A stretch of DNA of 64,000 nucleotides from Candidatus Magasanikiibacteriota bacterium (GTDB lineage Bacteria; Patescibacteriota; Patescibacteriia; Magasanikbacterales; GWA2-37-8). The stretch is taken from the NCBI GenBank assembly GCA_026396515.1, contig JAPLWQ010000002.1:61575-125574 (forward strand). Reading direction: 5' to 3'. Made by a program: the position numbers and the translations under genes. Of the stretch, positions 1 to 11,913 are shown one piece after another. The notes beneath the pieces are model-generated. The model was not told the origin of the DNA, made no database searches, and saw only the letters and a program-made list of their open reading frames with translations. Positions within the stretch are counted from its first letter, which is position 1, and every line of letters begins with the position of its first letter.

Positions 1-256
1 GATGTGTTCAGAGCGAACGGGCTGTATAGAGTATTGCGCATTTGGATCAAGCCGAGCGTAACTGCGAGCAAAACAAAAGCTGACAGCAAAACCAAACCGA
101 TCTTCTGTTCTTTGGACAGTCGTAACTTTTCATCAGCCATATATACCACTGCGGTTTGAACCGCCGGGTGTTAAACCCAATTATATACAATATTATTATA
201 TCACAATAAAGCCGTTAGCCAAATACTTTGATAGTGGATAAGATTCGGGATAAAGC

Positions 257-1801
257 TCATTTACCATTCCGGGTCGAAGAGTACAGCCGCAGCTCGGCAA
301 GATAGACATTACCGTCGGTATTTTGAGGAAAATAATATGTGGCGAGCCGGCCGTACGTTGAATCGAGATATTTAAACAAATTTCCGCGCGGGTCTTCCAC
401 AGCTTCACCGCGGTATCCGGCAACCCAAAAACGGCCGGAACCCTCTATAAGGCTATCTATAAGTATTACATTTTTTTCTGTAATGATCGGGTAATCACTG
501 TATCTCCAGCGGATTTGCCAATCATCCGTAAGTGTATTTTTATACGGAAAAAAGAATTTTACTTCCGGGCCGCTTTTAAGATACTGCGTCCAAAGCACAT
601 GACTATAGTGGTCGGCAACGACTATGTCCCCCGGACGAGACTCATTTAATATTATTTGAGCAAAACTTGGAGCGAAATATTTAAAAGCCCGGCTATTGTC
701 CATTCGGCTATTATCCGTAATGTATGAAGGGATGATGAATAAGGAAAATATGACTGCCGCGCCTCCCACAACGCCTAACCACGACTTGCGTTTTAAGTTC
801 GCTAAGACTACAGCGAACATCAATATCATCGGAATGGTAAAAATGATATAGTAACGCTCGGTGTAAATAAACTTCAGCACCGCAAGCATAACCCAGCCGG
901 AAATAACCAATATCGCGAGTATTCTGTTTTTCGTTTCACCATAATTACGCCAGAAATAAATCATTAGGGCGATAATAAATATGGATAACATTGCCGGTAC
1001 CGCGTTAATACCGACAACCCCAAAAACAATTGTATATAGATACTGAAATAAAGCGAAAATGTCCCCATGGGAAAAAAATCGGCCGTAAAAAGATTCCGAA
1101 CCAACGCCGACGAAATCGCCCCAGCGCTCAAAAACCATTAATGCGGGAATATAGCCGACGGCAACCGCTGCCGCGCAGACAATAATTTTTTTGATTTCAG
1201 TTTTTTTGTAATAGTAAAGCAAAATATAGGCAGGCACAATCAGCGCGGCCGACGAATAGTGCGTATACAAAAGCAATAAGGTAAATATCGCCAGCCCGAT
1301 AAAATCGCTTTTCTGTCCTCTTTTAATCGCACGCAATAAAAATAGAATAAAAAATATAGCGATTAAAACCAACACGGAGTAGGCGCGGATTTCAGTAGCG
1401 TACTGAATGTTTAATGGAGACAAAGACATGAGCAAGGCGGCAAACAAGCCGACTTGTTCATCAAATATTTCTTTGCCCAAAAAATATATGGCGGCAATCG
1501 CTGCCAAACTAAAAATAAAGGGCAATATCGCAATAAGCGCAACGCTCCCCGTGCCGACAATTAGAAGCCAAAAATGCAACAGAACAAAAAACAAACACGG
1601 TGTTGTATCTAACCCGGATAAAGCGACCGTACGCGTTAAATTTTGAGATGAAAAATAAATGGAAACCGTTTCATCGTACCAGGCTATTTTAGGACCAAAA
1701 ACACCCGCTTCTGGAATAATTGTTAAAAATTTCGGCAGACGAACAATAAACCCGACGGCAATAATAAGAAAAAGCAGTATTAATGCCCGTTTTTTATTCA
1801 T
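257..1801 (-). CDS. Polytopic membrane glycosyltransferase, ArnT/PMT-like (GT39/GT83 family)
   Basis: 514 aa, about 12 predicted TM helices, N-terminal signature typical of 4-amino-arabinose / mannosyl transferases; the 75-aa ORF 196..423 inside it is spurious. Confidence 0.55.
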   Translation of the reverse strand: MNKKRALILLFLIIAVGFIVRLPKFLTIIPEAGVFGPKIAWYDETVSIYFSSQNLTRTVALSGLDTTPCLFFVLLHFWLLIVGTGSVALIAILPFIFSLAAIAAIYFLGKEIFDEQVGLFAALLMSLSPLNIQYATEIRAYSVLVLIAIFFILFLLRAIKRGQKSDFIGLAIFTLLLLYTHYSSAALIVPAYILLYYYKKTEIKKIIVCAAAVAVGYIPALMVFERWGDFVGVGSESFYGRFFSHGDIFALFQYLYTIVFGVVGINAVPAMLSIFIIALMIYFWRNYGETKNRILAILVISGWVMLAVLKFIYTERYYIIFTIPMILMFAVVLANLKRKSWLGVVGGAAVIFSLFIIPSYITDNSRMDNSRAFKYFAPSFAQIILNESRPGDIVVADHYSHVLWTQYLKSGPEVKFFFPYKNTLTDDWQIRWRYSDYPIITEKNVILIDSLIEGSGRFWVAGYRGEAVEDPRGNLFKYLDSTYGRLATYYFPQNTDGNVYLAELRLYSSTRNGK

Positions 1802-1934
1802 ACCCCGTAGAAGAATTTTGAATTAATCACCATATTATGAATTGCCATATTAAACATCTGATAAGTTACTATTTTCTTTGCTCCTGTTTATATTTATTTA
1901 TTTTGCCCTTCGGGCAAAATCGTTCAAAATTTCT

Positions 1935-2774
1935 CTACGGGGCATATTTATTTTTTGAGAAGAAATCGGCCAGATAACTCCATTGACTCACCGAAAATTC
2001 TTGCGCCCGGACGGTTTTTTCGAGACCGAGAGAGGCAAAAGTTTGCTCCAACGCTCCCCTATTTTGTTTACCGATGGCCGGCAGAAGATTTTTTACTAAC
2101 AATTTGCGACGGTTGGCGAAACCGGCTTTAACAAGGCGGAAAAATCCATCGGACTTTATGGGCTTCATAACTTTATGAACTTTGAGAACTATGATAGCTG
2201 AATCAACCTTCGGCATTGGCCAAAAATTATCACGCGGTACGAAATCAATGATTTCGGCGTCCGCATAATATTGAACGGCAACGGATAACAAAGACATCTC
2301 CCCTGGCTTGGCGCAAATTCTTTCCGCCACTTCTTTTTGCACCATCAGCGCCATTTTTTCCGGCGGATTATTCACCTCAAGAAAAGCGCGGATTACCGCC
2401 GATGTAATTTGATATGGCAGGTTGGCAATAACTTTGTATTTTCCCTTTGGCAAATCATTTGCCTGTCGCAAAACATTTCCCCAAATAGTATTTACATTTT
2501 CCGGCTTTCTATCCTGCCAATACGGCACTAGTTTTTTTTCAATTTCAAAGGCAACCACCTGTTTTGCCCGTTCAGCCAAGGCAAAAGTGAGCACGCCAAA
2601 ACCGGGACCGACTTCCACTACGGTGTCGGTTTTTTTCAAATCACCGGCTTCAATAATCTTTTCAATTATTTCCTGATTCACTAAAAAATTCTGGCCGTAT
2701 TTTTTGGACGGTTGTAGACCATAATTCTTACAGAGTGAATAGAGATAATCCGGGTTAAATAATTTTTGATTCAT
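1935..2774 (-). CDS. rsmA: 16S rRNA (adenine1518/1519-N6)-dimethyltransferase
   Basis: KYGQNFL motif plus SAM-binding VVEVGPGFGVLT. Confidence 0.9.
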   Translation of the reverse strand: MNQKLFNPDYLYSLCKNYGLQPSKKYGQNFLVNQEIIEKIIEAGDLKKTDTVVEVGPGFGVLTFALAERAKQVVAFEIEKKLVPYWQDRKPENVNTIWGNVLRQANDLPKGKYKVIANLPYQITSAVIRAFLEVNNPPEKMALMVQKEVAERICAKPGEMSLLSVAVQYYADAEIIDFVPRDNFWPMPKVDSAIIVLKVHKVMKPIKSDGFFRLVKAGFANRRKLLVKNLLPAIGKQNRGALEQTFASLGLEKTVRAQEFSVSQWSYLADFFSKNKYAP

Positions 2775-2782
2775 AAAATTTA

Positions 2783-4513
2783 CTATTTATTTAACCCTGC
2801 GTCAGTGTACCGGTTTGAAGCATTCCACAGGAGCCAACCGGCAGATGAATATTTTTCCGCTACAGCAATCTGCGCCCGAATTTTTTCCGCGTCATAAACC
2901 GCGCCCAAATTAAAGGCCTGGAGCCACGGCCTCACTTTTGCTCTGTGCCCCTCAACTTTCGGCATGCCTTTTTCAAAACCGTTTTCAAACACAAGTGCCG
3001 GATACTCAGCCGGATTAGCCAACCCTAAATGTCCGGCCGGATAGTGCGACGGATACATCATTGGGCAGACATAGTCGGCGTTCTCCACCGTGTCGGCCAG
3101 GCGCTGGCCGATATTCATGTCATCCTCGCCATTTTTTTCCATAACAAAGCCAAAAAGGTCGAGTGACAGCCAGACCGGTTCAGCCGATAAACGACGGCTC
3201 ATAAACCTGTAAAACTCACCCATTATTTCATATTTTTTGCTATCACCAACCGTATAAACCACCTCGCTCATATTGCCATCGGAAGGAAAACGGACATAGT
3301 CAAAATTTATTTCATCAAAACCGAATTTGATCGCTTCTTTCGCAACCGCCAGATTATATTCCCAAACTTCTTTGCGCGTCGGGTCCACCCAGGCCAGACC
3401 TTTTTTATCGCGCCACACGCCGCCGCTTTTTTTCTTTATCGCCCACTCCGGTTTTTTTTCCGCCAGTACCGGATCCTGAAAAATTGTCTGGCGGGCAATC
3501 ACATATATTCTGTTGTCATGCAATTTATTTATGAGCGCGCGCACATCACCCAGACGATCATCCTTTGTACCCAATTCATTCACCAGTGAAAGCTGGCTGT
3601 CATAAAGAATCAAACCGCTGTAATCTTTTATATCAATTACTACAGCATTAAGTTCCGTTCGCCTGATTAAATCTATTATCTCATTAATTTTAGCCACGCT
3701 GCCCGCGGAATAGGCGGTAAGATATAGGCCTTTCACTGTTTTTAGCGGATTTTTCGCGCCTCTTTCATAGCGCGGTTCAAAAAAAGAAATAACGAGACGG
3801 GTATTATTTTCTATATCAATAACGGCTGCGCGCCAAAAATATACGATTGCTATGGAGGCGGCTATGGCAACAGCGATGATAAAAAAATATTGCAGCCAAT
3901 TTTTTTTCTTTTTTATTTTTTCAACAACCAACGCACCCTGGCGCAAAATTTTTAATTCACCCTCAGTCGCGCTGACTATTGTGGTCGGCGGATTATATGG
4001 CAGAGTGCCGGCATCAACAATCGCGTCCGGAATATGTTCCCGGCCGGTAAATTGACCCTCCACTACCCGCGCATCGTATACATCTCCGGTACCGGAAATA
4101 TTAGCCGAAGTTGCGATAATCGGCCGGCCGACTTTTTGGCAAAGTTCTTTAAGCCAAGGGTCGGCAGGAACGCGTATGGCTATTGTATTATCTTTTGCCG
4201 CCACGCCTTGGGCTGAGTCGCTTCCTTTATACTGCCCGACAATCGTCAGCGGTCCGGGCCAATAATTGCGCGCCAATTCATTTATTAAATTATTCCACAC
4301 CAAATATTTTTTAGCGGTTGCCGTATCGGGCACGATGATAAGCAAGGGGTTATTGCTCGGCCGATTTTTTATGGCAAAAATTCTATCAACCGCTTGCTGG
4401 TTTGTCGCGTCACAGCCCAAACCGTATGATGTTTCCGTGGGTAAAATAACAATATTGCCGCCCAAAAGTAAGGCGGCAATTTCCGGCATATTTTCTTTTC
4501 TTAATCGGAACAT
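2783..4513 (-). CDS. Fusion protein: N-terminal TsaC/YrdC/Sua5 threonylcarbamoyl-AMP synthase domain, one TM helix, C-terminal TIM-barrel glycoside-hydrolase-like domain (DUF4015-like, motif FDYVRFP)
   Basis: Residues ~9-195 match the YrdC fold (ILPTETSYGLGCD ... PGPLTIV). KKKK then a hydrophobic helix (NWLQYFFIIAVAIAASIAIVYFW), then a ~340-aa domain containing GFDEINFDYVRFP. Confidence 0.7.
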   Translation of the reverse strand: MFRLRKENMPEIAALLLGGNIVILPTETSYGLGCDATNQQAVDRIFAIKNRPSNNPLLIIVPDTATAKKYLVWNNLINELARNYWPGPLTIVGQYKGSDSAQGVAAKDNTIAIRVPADPWLKELCQKVGRPIIATSANISGTGDVYDARVVEGQFTGREHIPDAIVDAGTLPYNPPTTIVSATEGELKILRQGALVVEKIKKKKNWLQYFFIIAVAIAASIAIVYFWRAAVIDIENNTRLVISFFEPRYERGAKNPLKTVKGLYLTAYSAGSVAKINEIIDLIRRTELNAVVIDIKDYSGLILYDSQLSLVNELGTKDDRLGDVRALINKLHDNRIYVIARQTIFQDPVLAEKKPEWAIKKKSGGVWRDKKGLAWVDPTRKEVWEYNLAVAKEAIKFGFDEINFDYVRFPSDGNMSEVVYTVGDSKKYEIMGEFYRFMSRRLSAEPVWLSLDLFGFVMEKNGEDDMNIGQRLADTVENADYVCPMMYPSHYPAGHLGLANPAEYPALVFENGFEKGMPKVEGHRAKVRPWLQAFNLGAVYDAEKIRAQIAVAEKYSSAGWLLWNASNRYTDAGLNK

Positions 4514-4514
4514 A

Positions 4515-5588
4515 TTATTTTTTAAGCCATTTCAGATATGCTTCACACAACGGCTTTAAATCCCCTTCCAACACGCCTTCCGGATCAGCCGATTCATAAT
4601 CGGTGCGATGGTCTTTGACCATATGATACGGGTGCAACACATAGGAACGGATCTGATTCCCCCACTCGGCTGATTTGTATTCACCGCGCAAATCCTGCCG
4701 TTCTTTGGCACGCTTTTCTTCTTCCAACCGGAACAGCTTAGCTTTTAAAACTTTCATCGCCGTTTCTTTGTTTTGTAATTGTGAACGTTCATTTTGGCAA
4801 GACACGCTAATGCCGGTCGGGATATGCACGATGCGCACCGCCGAATAAGTTGTATTGACGCTTTGCCCGCCGTGTCCGCCGGACATAAAAGTATCAATGC
4901 GCAAATCTTTCGGGTCGACGGCTATATCAACTTTTTCCGGCAACTCCGGCAGAACTTCCACCAACGCGAAAGATGTGTGGCGCATTTTTTCCGCGTCAAA
5001 CGGCGAAATGCGCACCAGCCGGTGCACGCCATGTTCGGATTTCAAATAACCAAAAGCGTAACGCCCCTTCACCTCAAACATTATAGATTTGTAGCCGGCT
5101 TCGGCGCCACGAGATTCATCTATCACCCGCGTTCGCCAGCCCATTTTTTCACAAAAACGCAAAACCATTCTGGTCAGCATCTCGGCCCAATCTTGTGCTT
5201 CCGTACCGCCCGAGCCGGCGTGAATCGCTACCACCGCGCCGCTTGCGTCATATGGGCCGTTGAGTAAAAGATAAAATTCATAATCAGCAAACTTTTTTTC
5301 CAACGCTTCGGTCTGTTTTTCAATTTCACCCGCCATATCGGCGTCATTTCCCCCGGACAGTTCAATAAGATCATTTACCTCCCGGCCAATCTCGCTCCAT
5401 TTTTCAATTTCTTTGCGGATATCATTATAGTCGGCAGACACGGCTTGCGCACTTTCAGGATTATTCCAAAAATCAGGCGCATTCATCTCGGCCGAAAGCT
5501 GATCCATTTTTATTTTGAGTTCATCAAGCTTAAGCAGCTCAGCGGTTGCTTCTATTTTTTCGCGCAAATTTTTCAGACGTTCATTCAT
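4515..5588 (-). CDS. prfB: Peptide chain release factor 2
   Basis: SPF motif (VRISPFDA) and GGQ motif (SGGHGGQSVN); single uninterrupted frame with no programmed +1 frameshift site. Confidence 0.9.
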   Translation of the reverse strand: MNERLKNLREKIEATAELLKLDELKIKMDQLSAEMNAPDFWNNPESAQAVSADYNDIRKEIEKWSEIGREVNDLIELSGGNDADMAGEIEKQTEALEKKFADYEFYLLLNGPYDASGAVVAIHAGSGGTEAQDWAEMLTRMVLRFCEKMGWRTRVIDESRGAEAGYKSIMFEVKGRYAFGYLKSEHGVHRLVRISPFDAEKMRHTSFALVEVLPELPEKVDIAVDPKDLRIDTFMSGGHGGQSVNTTYSAVRIVHIPTGISVSCQNERSQLQNKETAMKVLKAKLFRLEEEKRAKERQDLRGEYKSAEWGNQIRSYVLHPYHMVKDHRTDYESADPEGVLEGDLKPLCEAYLKWLKK

Positions 5589-5591
5589 ATA

Positions 5592-6965
5592 TTACCAGCC
5601 GAACATTTTGCCGATTTCTTCCGGCGTTTCACGCCGGCGTCCGACTTTCACTTCGCCGTTGGCGGCAAAAATTTTCGCCGGAGAAGAGAGCAGACAATGA
5701 TGCGATGCTAGGGAATCCTGATAAGCGCCGGTATCGCAGATAGCAATATATAACTCATCGCAATCTTCCAGCCGTGGAAGCAAAATATGATCGCCGGCGT
5801 TATAGCGGTCGTCGCTGTCGCAGGAAGAACCGGCCAGCCAGACTTTTTTCATTTTACCCAGCCGTAAATTATTGACCGGCACGATATGCCATTTCTGATG
5901 AATCGCCCACGTATCGGATAGGTCGTTGATAAAACTACCGTCAATTGAATACCAATATTTGTCGTCTTTATTTTCCAACAACTTCTCACTCAATATTTTA
6001 TAGATGGTAATCTGCGTCGGCGCCACCACATAGCGGCCCCACTCGGCGATAATATTCGGATGTTTGATACCGAGGCGTTCACTCTGACGCTTGGCGGTGC
6101 GAACCAAATGGCTGATAATGCTTTTGGCCGTATAATATTTCATTCTTTTTTCATATGGCACGCCGACGCCGCCGCCGATATCCAGAGTATCCAGGCCAGG
6201 ATTTTTTTCTTTCATCGCGGCATACAAATTCAGGGCGCGCTTCATCGGCCCGACCAGGCCGTCAATCCGGTTGATCTGGCTGGAAATATGATAATGCAAA
6301 ATAGAAAGATTGCGGATTTTACCGAACTTCAACAGTTCATCTTCAGTAAAACCGTAGCGGTTGTATTTCTTGTCCCAGTGACTCTGCACGCGAATATTCA
6401 GATTCACCCGGATTCCGACCGGGCCGTTAAATTTCTTCATCCGTTCCAATTCCACATGATCCTCAATAATCGGGATAACGATCAGGCCCTTGCCGCGCAA
6501 TTCTTCAATCAAACTCATGTACTTTTCCGTTTTCGGTCCGTTGCAGATAACCCGGATTTTAATGTTAAATTTATCCTGCTCAATCATTCTTTTCACCAGA
6601 AAAAGCTCGTTAGCGCTGCAAATTTCCAAATTCGCCCCTTCGGCCACCGCCGGCAAAACAAACTCGCGGTTCTGATTAACCTTCATGGCATAATGGTAAA
6701 AAAATTTTCCTTTATAACCTAAAACCTTTATATAGGCGTTAAAGGTATCGATCAAATCGCGCACCCGGTTTTCAATCAGCGTGGGAAAAGCAATTTCCAC
6801 CGGCGAGCCGTATTTTTTTACAATGTCATAAATGTTGTACTGGAAATTTCCTTCTTTGACCACCAGCTCGCCGTCCGGGCTGATGTCAAACTGGTCGGTG
6901 TTGAATTCTTCAATACCGAGTTTCCAAAATTTCTTATAGCGTGAATTGTTATTTTTCTTTTTCAT
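5592..6965 (-). CDS. speA: PLP-dependent fold-III decarboxylase, short arginine-decarboxylase (SpeA)-like
   Basis: YAMKVNQ PLP-lysine motif, DIGGGVGVPY, C-terminal SSCDSDD; N-terminal region has SpeA-like pattern (IYDIVKKYGSPVEIAFPTLIENRVRDLIDTF). Confidence 0.6.
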   Translation of the reverse strand: MKKKNNNSRYKKFWKLGIEEFNTDQFDISPDGELVVKEGNFQYNIYDIVKKYGSPVEIAFPTLIENRVRDLIDTFNAYIKVLGYKGKFFYHYAMKVNQNREFVLPAVAEGANLEICSANELFLVKRMIEQDKFNIKIRVICNGPKTEKYMSLIEELRGKGLIVIPIIEDHVELERMKKFNGPVGIRVNLNIRVQSHWDKKYNRYGFTEDELLKFGKIRNLSILHYHISSQINRIDGLVGPMKRALNLYAAMKEKNPGLDTLDIGGGVGVPYEKRMKYYTAKSIISHLVRTAKRQSERLGIKHPNIIAEWGRYVVAPTQITIYKILSEKLLENKDDKYWYSIDGSFINDLSDTWAIHQKWHIVPVNNLRLGKMKKVWLAGSSCDSDDRYNAGDHILLPRLEDCDELYIAICDTGAYQDSLASHHCLLSSPAKIFAANGEVKVGRRRETPEEIGKMFGW

Positions 6966-8062
6966 ATTAATTTTGTCCGCCTATTTAAACTTTCCACAAT
7001 GCCGATGAGCAGCATATTGGCGACCAGCGATGATCCGCCATAACTGACAAACGGCATAGTCACGCCGGTGACAGGCAGAAGACCGACGTTAGCTCCGATA
7101 TTAATAAAAAATTGGGAAAAAAACAAGATGGCGGTTCCGCTCGCGACAAGCGCGACAAAATCATCTTGAGCCCGGCGCGCGATAGTGAGCAACCGGTAAA
7201 AAAGCAAACCATAAAGCGCGAGTACAACCGTAACTCCGGCCAGACCAAGCTCTTCACCGATCACGGAAAAAACAAAGTCGGTCTGCGTCTCGGGCAAAAA
7301 ACGCAATTGGCTTTGTGAGCCAAACCCCAACCCCCGGCCGAAAGCGCCGCCCGAACCGACAGCAATTGTCGCCTGAATAGTGTTGTAGCCGGAACCAAGA
7401 GGGTCGCGTGCCGGATCAACGAACGTCAGTAAGCGTTCTTTTTGATAAGGCGCGAGCAGATAGGTCCAGGCGACGAAACTGAACAGCACCAGAGCGAGCA
7501 ATGACAAAATAAGAAATAATTTTCGTGTTCCAATTAGCCACATCAAACCAAACCAAACCAAGCCAAGCAAAATTGCAGAACCCAAATCCGGCTGAAGCAG
7601 AACCAGCACTATCATAAGTAAGGCAATCGCACCGGTGCCCAGAAAAAAAAGCGGTTTTTCAAAACGCCGGCCGAAATGCGCAGCCACATACGAAATCATA
7701 AGGATCAATCCAATTTTCGCAAATTCAACCGGCTGAAGAGAAAAACCAGAAAAAGCGAACCAGCCGGTAGTGCCGCGGATAGTGCTTCCAAAAATTAATA
7801 CCGCCAGTAAAAATAGCACGGTAAGCAAATATATCCACTTGGCATATGCTTTAAAAAAAGTATGAGCGACAAATGCCGCCCACATCATTGCTACCACGCC
7901 GATGCCAAAGGCAATCAGTTGTTTTTTGGTATAAATTAATGCCGCGCCCCGTGATAAGTCAACACTATAAATGGCGGCAAAACCGATGGCACACAAAAAT
8001 ACGACAGCCACAATCAGCGCCCAGTCAAAACCGCGCCAAGATAATCGGTCGAATATTATCAT
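6962..8062 (-). CDS. SEDS-family peptidoglycan glycosyltransferase (FtsW/RodA)
   Basis: 10 TM helices and SEDS signature GSGYNTIQATIAVGSGGAFGRGLG ... LPETQTDFVFSVIGEELG. Confidence 0.85.
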   Translation of the reverse strand: MIIFDRLSWRGFDWALIVAVVFLCAIGFAAIYSVDLSRGAALIYTKKQLIAFGIGVVAMMWAAFVAHTFFKAYAKWIYLLTVLFLLAVLIFGSTIRGTTGWFAFSGFSLQPVEFAKIGLILMISYVAAHFGRRFEKPLFFLGTGAIALLMIVLVLLQPDLGSAILLGLVWFGLMWLIGTRKLFLILSLLALVLFSFVAWTYLLAPYQKERLLTFVDPARDPLGSGYNTIQATIAVGSGGAFGRGLGFGSQSQLRFLPETQTDFVFSVIGEELGLAGVTVVLALYGLLFYRLLTIARRAQDDFVALVASGTAILFFSQFFINIGANVGLLPVTGVTMPFVSYGGSSLVANMLLIGIVESLNRRTKLI

Positions 8063-8065
8063 ATG

Positions 8066-9076
8066 CTATATCCCCTTCGGTGCAAGATACACTGCTTTAT
8101 CGTAGAGGTCAATAATCGGGAATACTTTGATTTCGGAGACGCTAAGATTTTGTACAAAATTCCTCAAATCAATCTGGCGCGACTCAAGCGACTGAAAATC
8201 CAGCAAATCAAACTTCATGATTCCGACCAGAGGCCCGCTTTGATATAGGCCGAGATAAAAAACCGGATTTTTATAGCCGTAAGCCGTATCGTTTTTCAAT
8301 GCGAATCGAAGCGAATTGGCGGCTGCCTCACCGGTACTGCCGGCAAAACCAAAAGTAAAGTTTTCAATAGTAAAATTCAAACGCTCTTCTTGCCAGGAGC
8401 GGGTGTCTGCCACCTGATGAGCGGAAACCCTGCGCCACCGAAGGTTGTCAATAACGAAATTCGCCGAGCCGGAATATTCGGCGGAATCCAAACCGAAGAT
8501 CGCCACCGGACGGCTCTCCATCGGCAGAAGCATTGTGGTATGCCGCGCCGTAGTGGTGCTGCCAAAATCAAAAAAATAATCAAAAATAGCAATGTACCGC
8601 TCGTTGGGGTTAGCCACTTCCGCCAGTGCGTCTACTTTTTCAGTACCCCCGGGCAGAACATATGAATTGAGAATTTCAAGCGACGAAGGTGAAAAACGAG
8701 GGTGCAAAGCGGTAAAATCAATTGAAGCGGCGAGCTGCTGCTCAACTATTGGCTTCACGGTAAGATCATATACCAGCAACTCCACCGCTTTCCAAATCGA
8801 AAAACCGATTGTAAGCGCGCAAAATGCAAAAAGAGACGCCACAGCCAACCTGTATAGCAGCACTTTATTTTTTACATACCACATCGCCCATTTGAACTGG
8901 CCGGAACCGAATTCATTAGTCGGGTCGGTATATTTGGATAAACTGGGTTTGACCGGCTTCCCATTTTTTATGGGCGCCGGCGCGCCGGCGCCGTGGCTAT
9001 CCACATAATTATCGCGATTTTGCTGGTTGTAGAAATTGATCATATCAATGTTATTATGAGCTATATTATACCACAT
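8066..9076 (-). CDS. Hypothetical membrane-anchored protein (single N-terminal TM, large extracytoplasmic domain). Immediately upstream of ftsW/rodA, so possibly divisome-associated
   Basis: ORF with a single TM (LLYRLAVASLFAFCALTIGFSIW); no recognisable catalytic motif. Confidence 0.45.
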   Translation of the reverse strand: MWYNIAHNNIDMINFYNQQNRDNYVDSHGAGAPAPIKNGKPVKPSLSKYTDPTNEFGSGQFKWAMWYVKNKVLLYRLAVASLFAFCALTIGFSIWKAVELLVYDLTVKPIVEQQLAASIDFTALHPRFSPSSLEILNSYVLPGGTEKVDALAEVANPNERYIAIFDYFFDFGSTTTARHTTMLLPMESRPVAIFGLDSAEYSGSANFVIDNLRWRRVSAHQVADTRSWQEERLNFTIENFTFGFAGSTGEAAANSLRFALKNDTAYGYKNPVFYLGLYQSGPLVGIMKFDLLDFQSLESRQIDLRNFVQNLSVSEIKVFPIIDLYDKAVYLAPKGI

Positions 9077-9109
9077 AAATCACTTGCCGTATAAGTTTAA
9101 ATGTGATAA

Positions 9110-11407
<2,298 letters not shown>

Positions 11408-11414
11408 AAGACGT

Positions 11415-11441
11415 AAAACCCCGGCCACAAGCCGGGGTTTT
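11415..11441 (+). terminator. Rho-independent terminator of gyrB
   Basis: AAAACCCCGGC-CACAA-GCCGGGGTTTT hairpin followed by a T run. Confidence 0.6.
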
Positions 11442-11467
11442 AAAAAATTTCAGCGGGTCGTAGGCGT

Positions 11468-11579
11468 TTCGCAAACAGTGTCGTCCGGCTCCGGCAGCCG
11501 GCCGCACTTCGCGCTCGCCGCACAATCCGCCACGGGCGGAACCGAGCTTGTACGGCTCCGCGATGTTGCTCAACGCGAA
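11468..11579. repeat. Intergenic structured repeat, copy 1 (paired with 15173..15303)
   Basis: ~112-nt GC-rich element with internal hairpins (CCGGCT-CCGGC-AGCCGG; CGGAACC...GGCTCCG); near-identical to the copy at 15173. Confidence 0.55.
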
Positions 11580-11631
11580 CGACCCGCTTTTCAATAGCCG
11601 ACGGCAGTTATTGTCAGCGCACATTAGTGAG

Positions 11632-11660
11632 CTTGACAAAAAACCGCGTATAGTATATAG
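11632..11660 (+). promoter_or_regulatory. Sigma70-like promoter for secE-nusG-rplK (TTGACA-N17-TATAGT), followed by a 5' leader hairpin at 11669..11688
   Basis: Consensus -35 and near-consensus -10; AACGGCC-ACA-GGCCGTT then TTTTT directly after the predicted TSS. Confidence 0.4.
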
Positions 11661-11716
11661 TATCGTCATAACGGCCACAGGCCGTTTTTAAGTCCAAAGA
11701 ATTCACCCTTGTAAAT

Positions 11717-11902
11717 ATGGATAAAATTATCAATTATTTCAAAAGCGCGTGGGCCGAAGCGAAAAAGGTTTCCTGGCCTACAAAGAAACAGACCTTCAAC
11801 TATTCAGTGTTGGTCATCGGCTTATCTGTTGGTTTTGCTTTCTTTTTTGTGGCGCTCGACTATGTTTTTAATTTGGGTATTGAAAAAATAATTACCCGCT
11901 AA
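11717..11902 (+). CDS. secE: Preprotein translocase subunit SecE
   Basis: 61 aa with a single C-terminal TM; directly precedes nusG. Confidence 0.75.
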   Translation: MDKIINYFKSAWAEAKKVSWPTKKQTFNYSVLVIGLSVGFAFFFVALDYVFNLGIEKIITR

Positions 11903-11913
11903 GATAGGAGGAT

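Noticed and set aside
196-423. 75-aa minus-strand ORF
   Set aside because: Overlaps the 3' end of the ArnT/PMT-like glycosyltransferase in another frame.
4515-5588. Programmed +1 frameshift in prfB
   Set aside because: RF2 is encoded in one continuous frame with no in-frame UGA near codon 25; many bacteria lack the frameshift.
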